This document shows, one piece after another, positions 1 through 11,600 of a stretch of 64,000 bases of DNA. The notes under the pieces are model-generated. The model searched no databases, was not told the origin of the DNA, and saw nothing but the letters and a program-made list of their open reading frames with translations. The stretch is from Takakia lepidozioides (Eukaryota > Plantae > Bryophyta): the NCBI GenBank assembly GCA_030704615.1, contig CM060731.1, forward strand, positions 95,728,001 through 95,792,000, in the 5' to 3' direction. Every line of letters starts with the position of its first letter. Position 1 is the stretch's first letter. A program made the position numbers and the translations under genes.

Positions 1-1088
1 TTGGACACTTTGGCCGACCGACTTGGTTTCACAAATTTTGGACCTACGGGCGGAGAATTATAGAAATATGAACAAATTTGGTCATTGAAAATTCAACTAA
101 ATTGCAAAATTAAGTGTTGGAATGACGCTGGAGGTCGTAGTTGGGCCTCCACATGGGAGAAGCACTTGGATACATAGGAGATTGCACTTGGGCTTAGATG
201 GGCCTTAACATAGGAGACGCACTTGGATACGTAGGAAACTGCACTTGGTCTTAGATCTCAATTCTTCACACATGGGCCAAACTGTAGGGACCCAGCTCTA
301 GGGCTTGGTACCATTAGAAAGCCCTCGATGAAACGAATCAGCCTTAACATAGGAGACGCACTTGGATACATAGGAAATTGCACTTGGTCTTAGATTTCAA
401 TTCTTCACACATGGGCCAACGGTAAGGTAGATTGTTTGTTTGTTTTGTTTTGTTTTGTCGCGTTGAGATGTCCCAAACTGCGGGACCTAGCCCTGGTGCT
501 TGGTGCCGTTGGAAAGGCCTCGATGAGAAGGGGTGCACCGGCTTGGTCTCATGATTTTTGGACCTGCGGAGCGGGAGATATGGAATTTCAAGTACTTCTG
601 GTCGCTGGAAATTCGTGAAAATTAGTAAAGTGGGCTTTCCTGCAACAATGATTGGCCCGAGACTTATGGAATTATAAACAATTTTGGTCGCTGAAAATCC
701 CACTAAATTACATAATCAAGTGTTGGAAGGACATTGGAGGTTGCACTTGGGCTGAGATAGAGGCTACGATTTTGGTACCATTGGAAAGTCCTCGACGAGT
801 AGGGGTGCACCGACTTGGTTTCACAAAATTTGGACCTACGGGCCGAGAATTATAGAAATATGAACAATTTTGGTCGCTGAAAATTCAACTAAATTATAAA
901 ATTAAGTGTTGGAATGACACTGGAGCGCACTTGGGCCTCTACATGGGAGAAGCACTTGGATACATAGGAGATTGCACTTGGGCTTAGATGGGCCTTAACA
1001 TAGGAGACACACTTGGATACATAGGAAATTGCACTTGGTCTTAGATTTCAATTCTTCACACATGGGCCAACGGCTCAGGCTATCCTAG
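1..1088 (+). mobile_element. Non-autonomous Helitron-like repeat, internally duplicated, with 3' terminus
   Basis: Block ~11-280 recurs at ~803-1072 and block ~434-570 recurs at ~1201-1335. It ends with hairpin TGGGCC-AAC-GGCTCA (1063-1077), then CTAG (1085-1088) followed by T, the Helitron 3' signature. Confidence 0.6.
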
Positions 1089-1179
1089 TTCAAAGTAAAT
1101 GTTACAGCACTTCTAGATGTTAATTATGATAAAACCACAAAACATAAATCAATGGTTTGCCCAATTTTTGAATTACTAA

Positions 1180-1341
1180 TCAACATATGAAGCGAGATAG
1201 TTTGTTTGTTTTGTTTTGTTTTGTAGCTTTGAGATGTCCCAAACCGCGGGGCCCAGCCCTAGTGCTTGCTACCGTTGGAAAGCCCTCGATGAGGAGGGGT
1301 GCACCGGCTTGGTCTCATGATTTTTGGACCTGCGGTGTGGG
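1180..1341 (+). mobile_element. 5' end of a second Helitron-like copy, cut by an LTR
   Basis: A|TC start at 1179/1180, then (TTTG)n and the same block as 434-570. Homology stops at TGTCATGG (1342). Confidence 0.5.
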
Positions 1342-2632
1342 TGTCATGGTTTTAGTCATGGTTAACTAGAATTATCTGCTTCTAGTTAATTAGGATATTT
1401 TGGATATTTATATTTATATTTTGTATGTTGGGACTTCATTTGGTCTCATATGCCAAGTGAGGTGTCAAGCCTCACTTGGGACATGGGGATGGGCTTTCCC
1501 CTTGTGAGGGTTGAGGAGGCTCATCTTCTTGTAGTTGAGCTTCCATGAGTCGAGCTCTCACCTCCATAGCTCTAGATATTGAGAGGGAGTGTGTTGAGGG
1601 CTTTGTAGGGTGGATTCCTTTAGCAAAGGTGCCCTTGGCTTGACTTAGTTTATGTGATAGAGTGGATTTACTTGGACGGACTAGGGCTTGTTCTTAATGT
1701 GATTGCTTCATGCTTTGAGAGTTTTCATTATGTTCCACTTCTCTCATTTCTCATCTCTTATCACTACAAGAAGATCTCTTTATGCTTGTGAGTGCGAAGT
1801 GTAAGGATTAGTTTTGCACTTATATATCGAGGAGGTTGAGAGCTAGGAGAATTTAGCTCTTGTATCACAAGGCCTGCAAAGAAAGGTGCTCGGGTGTTGC
1901 ATGCACCAAGGAATTGAAGAGCTTGAGAAGAAAGCTCTTGAGTTACAAGATTTTGCAAGGATTGCAAAGAGGAAGTCTTCTGTGTGTAGAAACATGGATT
2001 CTAGGGTTTGAGAATCCTTTGTATGCATTATGGAGTCAATGGTGTGTGCCATGGCTTGTGGAGAGCGACAAAAGGATTGTTAGTGTTCATTTCACTAGCA
2101 ATCTAGGGTTAAGCAAGTTCAAAGTGTGGATGTTGCATGGAAGAAAAGCCAATGAGCTACACAGGCTTGGGCTTGAAGACAACAAGGGCAACCACTTGGA
2201 GAACACTAAGAAGCTCAAGAGGTTTTGAAAAGGAGCATGTGAAGAAATCTTCCCATCATGGTGGTGTGGAGTCAAGCTTAGGGCATTGGAAGGGCTTGGA
2301 GAACATATGGTGAGAAATCCTCGAAGGGAGATCATCATTCAATGTATGCATAGATGTACCCTGACTATGTAATGTGACAAGAGGGGGGAGGAAGTGCTCG
2401 GCTATTCATGCTTTTGGTAGTGTGAGCTTTGTGATGGATAGTTGACCAAGCAAGTGGTGCATGTGTGGAACGTGCTCTCTCGAGTTTGTAAGTTCAAGTT
2501 TGAGAAGGTGAGCTCTTAATCAACTAGCAAGAGGTGAAGGCCTTAAGACCCATTTGTGTGTGAAGTGGAGAGGTGTTGGTTCATGTTATAATGGAGGAGA
2601 ACAACACATAGGCCAAGAGGTCATGGAATATG
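1342..2632 (+). mobile_element. LTR (5' part), same family as 52494-52946
   Basis: Starts TGTCATGG. 1342-~1669 is the reverse complement of ~52621-52946. The right boundary is inferred from the start of the next repeat. Confidence 0.55.
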
Positions 2633-3033
2633 AAATGCAATTCATGTGGATCAATAAAAACCCCATAGTGCCGTCTTTTTGTTCTATTCTGTATCCATCG
2701 TTCCCAGAATGCATCATTCCTCATTTCGTTTGGGATTGGGAGTGTGGGTGGATTTTGCAAGTGGCTGGTAGGCTGAAATGGGCCCCCATTGTACAGAGCA
2801 GTACCACCCTACCATTCGCGAAACATTGCCTTTCAATATGTAATTCTAAAAAACATTGCCGAACCTCCTTCATCAGGAGGTCCTTCTCCCCCTATGACCG
2901 TGACACCCTAAACCCTATTCCCACGGACACTCATTTCCGGAAAATAGTCCTGCTCATGTTTTTTTCGACACTTACGACTCTGCTCATGGCTCATGCCGCT
3001 CATGGCTCATGGCTCATGAAATAGCAGCCCCCG
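2633..3033 (+). repeat. ~400-bp terminal segment of an unclassified DNA-element family (inverted copy at 56770-57162)
   Basis: Near-identical reverse complement of 56770-57162. Both copies stop at the same end (…ATAG(C/T)AGCCCCCG), preceded by tandem GCTCATG heptamers. Confidence 0.75.
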
Positions 3034-3912
3034 GTCCATGGATACGACGACAATCATGGCATATTATAAGAAAATACGATTCCTCCGCAAGGAGTACATC
3101 CCAATTATCCAATGGCTCTCATGATTGTAGAGGATAATCGGTGCCGACTTCCGTTGGCGGATGCATATATGGAGACTTTGCTTCAATGAAGTCGGTGCCG
3201 ATAATCACCCAATGCGGCCCCATAAGCCACCAACAGTGTGGGTTTATTTCTTACCTCAGTGTAGTCGTTGCCGGCTTTCAAAAGAGGAGGCAGATGTGGG
3301 CTCCGAGTAGGACGACCTCATACCCGAGAACCTGCCTTGTTGTCCAACATTTGCAATTCATATCCTAGGGTTTCGTTGAAGTTCTTAACGACTTCAAGTA
3401 CTGCATTTCTTTTGGTATTCCAATCCGGTGCCATCGTACAATTTCTATTTCGAATTGGAAGAAGTCGGTGCCGACCACAGTTTCATTAGAACTCGTCGCG
3501 AGGATGTGAGGGTATATGATAATGAAGACGTCTTTATTCTACGTGTAATGCCTCGCATTCTGTTTCTATTCATAAACTTTATCCTCCTTCCGCAAAGGTA
3601 ATGCGATGGAAAACATTTCTATGGTGGCGGGAAAGTGGCCGATAGGATGTGCCTTGTGTACTTGAAATCCGCGCCGACCGTTGCCTCCACAATCGTGAAT
3701 GGATGGAGACGGATGGAAAATAGTATTAAACACTAACGGATAATAGATTTTCATAAATTTTGGACCATTGATAGTACAGTTCGTTAGTCCGTTGCATAGA
3801 TTCCATGCATGCTTGCTGCTGCTCGTAGGACTGGGGTCTCCGTGTCCACATGCTCTGTGCATTTTTCCATAGTACCACACCCGCGCGTGTTTGATAGCAC
3901 TGTGGTAGTGTA

Positions 3913-6900
3913 GTGAAGCAGGCGATCATGGATCCCTTCGTGCTGCTGAATTGCCCACCTGGCACGGACGACATCAAGGTCAGGGCAGAGGGACAACATG
4001 TATTTCTAAAGGACAAAGTAATTTGGGGCAGATTTGGTATCGACCCATTCTCTTTGGTTGTTGAAGAGGAGGAGATCAGTGCTGGTTCCGGCACAACATA
4101 CCGCATTTTGGATCCAATTCGAGATAACGACCGCAAATCCTGGGTTTTGCCTTTTACAGGTGAAGTGCGATATAGAGTGTTTGGTGTCCCTGCTACTTTG
4201 GATAGGAATTCCACGACACGTGAACCTGCAACTTTGGATAGGAATTCCACGACACGTGAACCTGCAACTGTTGCTTCTGTTCCTCAGGCCCGGCAACCAA
4301 AAACGGAAAGCATTGAGCTGTCTAGCGGGGAGTCAGAGGATTGTGTCGTTTTGAAATCCAGCAGTGGAAGGGTGGAACCCAATTTGGCGAGATCTGCCTC
4401 ACCTCCGAAAAAGGTGTCGCGCCCCGAGTTTGTTGGCAAGAAGGCCACTTATGGACACTCGAGCCCGTCCATATTGGATATCCTTAAGCTTTTCCATCTT
4501 GATTCCAAATCCCACTTGGGGAAGATACACTTTGAAGAAGTACAAGTGAAGCATGTGAAGTGCTTGCCAAGGATCGTTGATGGTGATGTCGTGTATGAGC
4601 TTCCACCGACATCAAACACATCCCCAGCAGGTCAGCTTGAAGGCATGGACCGCAAGTACGATGGCAATCCATGGGCCACCACGAAGACGAGCTTCCTATA
4701 ATTGGCACAAAAGGCGGCGCAGTCAGGTGAGGTGGTATTTTGTTCCTGCTCATTGTCCATTGTGCAATTGTAGTTGTGGCCGACTTCCATAGTGCAATTT
4801 CTGCACTTTGTGCACTGACATCAAATGTCATTGTAGGTATGTACTGTGTTGGTGCGCTGAGATGTGTCTGGGGAACGTGCCCATTCTTCCTAAAGGAGGG
4901 CAGCCATATGAGATTCATTGGATGGGGCATTACGATGGTCAATTCAAGCCGCAAAGCCAGGTGCCCCCGAACACCTTCCTATGTTCTCACTGCAACCATC
5001 CACCTACATGCATGCACACCTGCCGTGCCAAAATGTTCTACATGATAGGACCACCAACGATGACCAAAGCAGCCGTGCATGTTGGCATTCATTCACATCC
5101 ATCTGCACCTGGAGCATGCCGGGAAGCTGCTGCCAAAGCCAAATCTGCACTTGCTGAAGAAATCCATAGGTCACCTTCTGCCAGGCCAAAATCGGTGCAA
5201 ATGTCTGCTGCTCGGTCCATTGCCATGGAGAAGGTGTTATCGCCAGGTGCAACCGGGAGATGGAAGCTCGATGGTGAGCAGTTCGAGGAGCTCATGGAGG
5301 AGGTCGGTGCCGTGGGCAAATGTGGTGTTCGTTACAAGACAAAGAAGACAAAAGCACAAATGGGGCTTGGAAGTGAAGTAGAAGCTTTATTGACAATGAA
5401 AAAGTGGAGCGGGTACGACTCTTTCCATGGGAGCCGCTTCCCAGGCCAAGGGAGTGTGGATGAGAGATGTATCATATTCAAGATGTCAACTGTTGGAAAG
5501 GGCTATGGAGTCCATCTGGTGGACATGATGCGTCCAGGGGGGGAGTTGGGAAGTAGCTGGATTATGTTCGACAACGTGAAGCGGATACATGGATGGAGTA
5601 CAATGGCTTGTCACGTGTACCATCCGAATTTTCGGAAGCTCATGACGATCGCAATTTGCGAAATGAAATGTGAGGATACAGAATCACAGAAGATCATGTG
5701 GGAATCCATCAATGAACAGATGCTGCGAGCAGGGAAGGGGCAACCGCAATTTCGGGGATTCATGGCCGACAATGCAAATGCGAATTGGGCTATTGTTCGC
5801 GAAGTGTATGGAGGCAGGGAACCCATGCCTGATCATGAGAGAACATGTGGGTTCCACTGGGGTCAAAGCCTGCAGAAGTGGACCAAAAAATACATCTCCG
5901 AAAATCTCCAACATGCACATGTCCAGCTTTGTACGAAGTGGGGAGCAGCAAATACTGAGGCGGAAGCGGAGGTTTCATTTCTGGCCATCTGAGCTTGGTG
6001 GTCGTCTTCTGGTGCCGCTCGAGATGAAGATTTTCCCGCGTTGGAGAGCTGGTTGTCGTGGTGGACATACCGTTACTATCAACTTGGGGCATATGTCTGC
6101 AATGTAAGCATTCAATTGTTGCATGCAATATCTTCGTACGCCCAATTTTTTCGGGTTATGCTCACGTGAGCAAAAGTGAAACTGTCATAGTCTGTACCGA
6201 CTATTACGGTTCCATTGAGAACTTTGTTTATTCTACTTCAAAAAGAATCCGTGAGCGGATGTAGATCTGCTCACATGAGCCAAACCTTGCTTTCATAGTC
6301 GCTCCGGTGACATGAAGCAGAAGAGACCTTATTCCACTGTAGTCTGCACCGACTATAGCGTTGCAATGGCACTGTTTTACCTTATAGTCTACACCGACTA
6401 TGACATTAGATTTTAACATTGATCCTTTATGTTAACACATTTTTTCTGATCACATGAGCTTCACTGCAGCAGAACACTCGTTGTGTAATTTGCACCGAAG
6501 TTACCGTAACGTAGGGCACTATTGTCCACAGCTTATAGTCTGCACCGACTATAACAAAACATGTAGCAAATTATTCCTCCAAACGCCGGCCTCGGTTGGA
6601 ATGCCACTATTGTGGATTATAGTCTGCACCAACTATAACATAGCGTCCCATCTGTGCAGCTCACTTCAGTAGAACATTCCCTCTATAGTCAGCACCGACC
6701 ATAGTGTAAGACATGGCACTATTGTGGGTAGCTTATAGTCTGCACCGACTTTAAGATTGGGTTATGTGTCATGAAGCATTCGATGGCTATATTCGGTGCC
6801 GATAACTTCAAGCTCGATATCGTTTCGATGAACCTCACCTTAAGACCTTGCCTTTTTCGTTGTCCACGCAAATGTAGTTCTCATGATGGAGATTTTACCT

Positions 6901-7057
6901 GCAGGGATTGGATTTGGAAGAGGACGCAGCAATGCAACATATCTGAGTCCGTGCATGCGAGCTGGCAGGCCGGGAGTGGTGTCTTAAAAGTGGACCTGTA
7001 CACAGCCAACAAAGACGACATGACAAGGGCTATTTTGCAATCATCGGCCTTCCATAT
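3913..7057 (+). pseudogene. Mutator/MULE-superfamily DDE transposase (spliced, degraded; continues at 20530)
   Basis: Cys/His-rich WRKY/GCM-like region (CVGALRC…CSHC…HSHP), D (MFDNV), D (FMADNA), CxxH (CGFH) and E (NISESVH after intron ~6104-6904). In-frame TGA at 5990-5992 plus frameshifts. Confidence 0.8.
6187..6805. repeat. Intronic array of palindromic motif ATAGTC-TGCACC-GACTAT
   Basis: Copies at 6187, 6339, 6384, 6535, 6619, 6685 and 6735, plus degenerate ones, with variable spacers. Confidence 0.85.
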
Positions 7058-8087
7058 TGTTAGAGGACTGTAGGGGACTTAGACACTTATACGGGATCTG
7101 TAGGGTACCCTTAATTTTTGCACAGACTGAGACCAACAGGAGCCTTAGGGGTGACAGCAGCGCACTGTAGAGGGGGGTTACACAGCCAACACAGCCCGTC
7201 ACAGTCGTCACAGCCCACACAGCCGACACAGCCGACACAGCAGTCACAGCCCACACAGCCCGTCACAGTCGTCACAGCCCACACAGCCGTCACAGCCCAC
7301 ACAGCCAACACAGCCCGTCATAGTCGTCACAGCCCACACAGCCCGTCACAGTCGTCACAACCCACACAGCCCACACAGCCCGTCACAGTCGTCACAGCAG
7401 ACACAGCCACACAGCCAGTCACAGCCCGACACAGCCAAACACAGCCAGTCACCGCTTGACACAGCTGTCACGATAATAGGGAACGACTGTGGGGAACAAC
7501 ACCTGTGAAGGGAACATGTTAGTTCACAGACGACGGTTAGAGAGGGAAACGGTTAGAACCGCGGATAGGAGGATAAAGGGAAAAACGGGGAATGAGAAGG
7601 GAGAGGAAATCATTATTCGGAGGGGGACTTCTGAGTGAGGCTGGAGCGGAGATCGGAGGCAAAAGATGGAGAGCACGGTGAAGGAGGAAAGAGGATTAGT
7701 AGATGCTTGATATATGCAAAGCGGTAGTGATATTGTAGAGCAGATTAGAGACATAATGGCTTCGGCCTGATACCTGATAAATCATAATCTGATACTTACA
7801 CGATACAATCACACTGTGTAGAGAGATCTGAGTGAAGCTGTGGATTGAATGGATGAGTGAAGAAAACCGATAGATTGATGAAGTAAACTAATACTTAATT
7901 ATCAATGGTAAGGTAGCTAAGATGAATGCGGAAAGGGAAACAAATAGGAAACACCCCCATGATACACTAGCTGTAGGTCATGACTGATTGTTCTACGCGG
8001 GCTGAGTACTTAGAGATTTCCAACTCTTCTATCTTGGAGTTTCCGCCTCGGATAGCGAAGGGATGGGTGAGTAAAAGCCGCGCGACA
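7058..8087 (+). repeat. 5' LTR of element 1 with CACAGCC minisatellite
   Basis: TGTTAGAGG…CGCGACA, repeated at 19436, 26057 and 33880. Confidence 0.95.
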
Positions 8088-8675
8088 TTTGGCGACCATA
8101 CTGGGGACCTGGGACATGAACAACCAGATGTGACAGGCATCTGGTGGGATCATGGTGGTTGGACCATTAAAGAATTTGAAGTGAATCAAATTCCCTGTGG
8201 AACGAAGGAAGAAAGATTGTCCAAACGATTCTTTCAAAGGTTCTTGGAATTGCCAGACGGTTGTAAAGAAAATATTCTTAAACGAGTGCATGATGCTGAT
8301 CCAGAATGGGGTCTGGAGAAAGGAGTGATAAAGATTTATCAGGTAGCCTGTAGAGGAAGAGCACGTTGGTTACCAACATTGGTTTATGTGATAGCGTTGC
8401 TATCCATTAAACGAGTAGAGTTTGAAGGCTGGGAAGAAAGAAAGGTGAATGTTTATACTCATATGCATGAAGAGCTTGTACTGGTAAAGAATTGGATTCC
8501 AAAGGATATTTTGTGGATCAAACTCACACCAAGAACAGCTTTTCAGACTTGTTTGCCATATGGTTATATGGTAACGGAGACTTCAAGTATAGCCAAGGGT
8601 GCATTGAAGCTTGAAAGAAACCCAGGCATATACGAGAGATATTACAGAAGAGAGTTTTGGTTATTGCCACATTAA
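7980..8675 (+). CDS. Extra 5' ORF (231 aa) upstream of gag, with F-box-like motif
   Basis: Open in both element 1 and element 3 (26960-27655). Contains RFLELPDGCKENILKRV. Confidence 0.55.
   Translation: MTDCSTRAEYLEISNSSILEFPPRIAKGWVSKSRATFGDHTGDLGHEQPDVTGIWWDHGGWTIKEFEVNQIPCGTKEERLSKRFFQRFLELPDGCKENILKRVHDADPEWGLEKGVIKIYQVACRGRARWLPTLVYVIALLSIKRVEFEGWEERKVNVYTHMHEELVLVKNWIPKDILWIKLTPRTAFQTCLPYGYMVTETSSIAKGALKLERNPGIYERYYRREFWLLPH
8088..8108 (+). promoter_or_regulatory. Primer-binding site TGGCGACCATACTGGGGAC (probably tRNA-Arg type)
   Basis: Lies directly after the LTR end and begins TGG. It resembles Tat/Ogre-type TGGCGAC…CTGGGGA PBSs; the tRNA identity is inferred. Confidence 0.7.
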
Positions 8676-8696
8676 AAGAAATGAAAGACATGGGAC

Positions 8697-11600
8697 ATGA
8701 GTGATGAAAGAAAAGCTAGACGACAGAGATATTTATCAAAAAGAGAAAGCTATCTGAAAGCTAATTATCCATATCTTTGGGAGAGAGGAATAGACATAGG
8801 GGAATCATCTGGACCTCTCACACCATCAAGATCAAAAAGTGCATCACCTATACCGGAAGAACTAGAGTTGGATGCCACTCCTTCTGTTTCTTTGCAAGAA
8901 AGATTAAAGGAATTGGTACAGGAAGAAGATCAATCACGAGGTGAAAGATCTGAGGTACATCCTTGGATAAAAGACTTGACAGAAATCTTTGATAAGAGTT
9001 GGCATGGAACACCAAAAGCAGGAACTCCAGTTTCTGAAGCAGAAGATGAAGAAGGAGAAGAGGATGTGGCAGAGCCAACGGAGAGTTCAGACTCTCCAAC
9101 ACCATTACAGTTGAGTTACATGAGTGAAGAAGAAACCCAAGGGCAGAACTTGGAGGATGAAAACAGAGAGAAGAAATTAGAAGAGGAAGAATATGAAGAA
9201 GTAGACCCAACAGCTGAGGTTGAGACTACAACCAGGACATCCCAACCGTTGGACCTGGATCAAGTGGAGCACTTGGATCACAGGCCAACGAAGGTGTCGG
9301 CTCAGGGGGATCAGGCGGGCTGCCTGGATCTGGCTCTGGGGGACAGGGAGTGTGGGAAGTAGTGCAACGGAAGCTGGGAATACTGTGAATATCGTGGGAC
9401 CAGAAGCAAGGAGTGCTCAAGGGCCACCACTTGGTGGAAGATCCACCACAAAAACAACAGGTCCAGAAGGACCAGCACCAGTAAGGGTGCCAGCACCTGT
9501 CAGTGGGCAGAAGGTAGGGCCACAGATGGCGTTACAACCAACACGGGCAAAACCACCCTTTCCAATATATTCAGGAAAAGGGGATCCCGATGTACACATT
9601 AGCCAATTTGAGCACATGTGTATAGTGAACAATGAGAATGGCGATGATGCCAAGATGAGACTGTTTCCTTGTTCACTTATCAAGAAAGCAAGTAATGGTA
9701 TGCAAGATTCCCTGATAATCATTTCCTAACCTGGAATGGCTTGAATACAGCATTTCGAAATAGGTTCAGGACAAGTAAAACTGAGGATGAAGTGTATGGA
9801 AGTTTACAACAGCTGAAGCAGAAGAAGCATGAAACTGTTGAAGAGTATATGGAGAAGATGGAATTGATGATGAAAAAGCTGGCTGCAGTACCAGCGCCCG
9901 GTTTACAGAAGACTTGGTTTGTGAGTGGATTAAGACCAGAGTTGCAAAAGAAAGTGGATATGTTACCCCATAATACAGTGGAGGAGGCATTTGAAACTGC
10001 GAACAGAATTGAGCAATTGGGAATGCTCAGGAGAGAGAAAAAAGAAGATGAGGACTCTGAGGATGAGTCAGATGAAGAAGAAGAGCAAGAACTAAAAAGA
10101 AAGAGTAAGAGAAAGGAGAAGTTGAAGAGGGATAACTATGAAAAAAATTGGAAGAAATCTTGAAGAAGTATGCCACAGAGGCTGCAACACATTGGAGGAA
10201 AGGTGTATGGTGTGCAAAGTGCCAGAATGAAGGCCATACCACCACAGAATGCCACATGAAGGAGAAACACTGTACTATCTGTAAAATGGATAACCATTCT
10301 ACTGAGAATTGTTACTACAACAGAAGGACAGCTGCAAGAAAACCTAGGCAAGTAAGGGTGCATCAGGTGCAGCCCCAGCCAAGAAGAAACAATGATCAGG
10401 ACCACTATGGTAGGTCTGGTGGTTATAACAATGGCATGGAAGGGAGAGGTAATTCAAGGGGAATTACCAAGGAAATTCCAGAGGCAACTATCAGGGTAAT
10501 CCAAGGGGGAATTACCAGCCCGGGAATCAGGATTATAGAAATAATCCAAGAACAGACCAAGGGCGAGGACCCAATGGTGAAGAGCTATGTTACTATTGTA
10601 ATCAGCCAGGACATCGCAAGGCAGCCTGTTCATTCTGGATAAGACATCAGAATGAGATGAGAGCTCCTGTGAATGAGGGCCCAGTGGTGGCAGCTCACAT
10701 GGTTAGGCCATGTGTTGTACCAGAAGTAAGTACAATGATAGTAACAAGAAGTAAAGCCAAACTAATACCTCCAGTAGAAGAGGAAGAAGATGAGACTGGA
10801 AGTGGCAATGATATGCCTGAAGAAGAAGAGACTTGGAAAGATGAGAAGGAACTGCACAAGGAAGTGGCAGATACTATAAGGGAAATGCAAAAGAGTACTG
10901 ATATTCCTGTGGCAGATTCCTCTGATTCGGATGAAGAAAAAGAAGGGAGTGAGGAAGAAAGAAAAAAAAAGATGCAGACATGCAAAGTAATGAAGAGACT
11001 TTGGCTGCAGTAATATGTCAGACCAAAGCAGAAATTACCATTGGACAGCTATTAGCTGTGGCACCTTATTGTAGGCACAGGCTGTATCAGGCAATCAATC
11101 GAATTGCCCAAGAGACAGGAAACACAGACCTGAACAGCAAGGTGACCAGTTATAATGTGAAGCCGGAAGGGCGAGAACCAGTCATGGACTTTGATGATTC
11201 TATGCCAGTAATCCAATTGAAAATTGGAAGCACAGAACTAACTGATGTACTGATAGATGGTGGTTCTGGAGTAAATATCATGACAGACCAATTAAGGAAG
11301 AAGCTTGGTCTAAGTAACATGAAACCAGCCCCATTTACAGTAACAATGGCAGATCAAAGAAGTGTACAGCCATTGGGATTAATAAGAGGAGTTAAGATAC
11401 AGATACAGAAAATGATCTTTATGATCACAGTAACTGTATTAAAAATGGATGAAGTCATGGAGGCTTACTCCTTATTATTGGGACGTCCGTGGCTGAAACA
11501 GGCCAGGGTATTCCATGACTGGAATTCTCAGTTACTAACTGTGCATAATGGGATGCACGAGATACAAACTACCACAAAGAAATCTAGTAGATTACCTGCT

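Noticed and set aside
1762-1772. CACTACAAGAA as a CACTA 5' TIR
   Set aside because: No subterminal repeats or partner end, and it lies within LTR-like sequence that has a similar motif on the other strand.
7041-7459. ORFs over CACAGCC minisatellites and the 42-bp array (also 26034-26473, 33812-34290, 39400-39837)
   Set aside because: These are low-complexity repeats lacking stops by chance.
7466-7480. Inner ancestral LTR start TGTCACGATA within the element 1 LTR
   Set aside because: Not conserved in the element 2 LTR, and the TSDs confirm the outer TGTTAG boundary.
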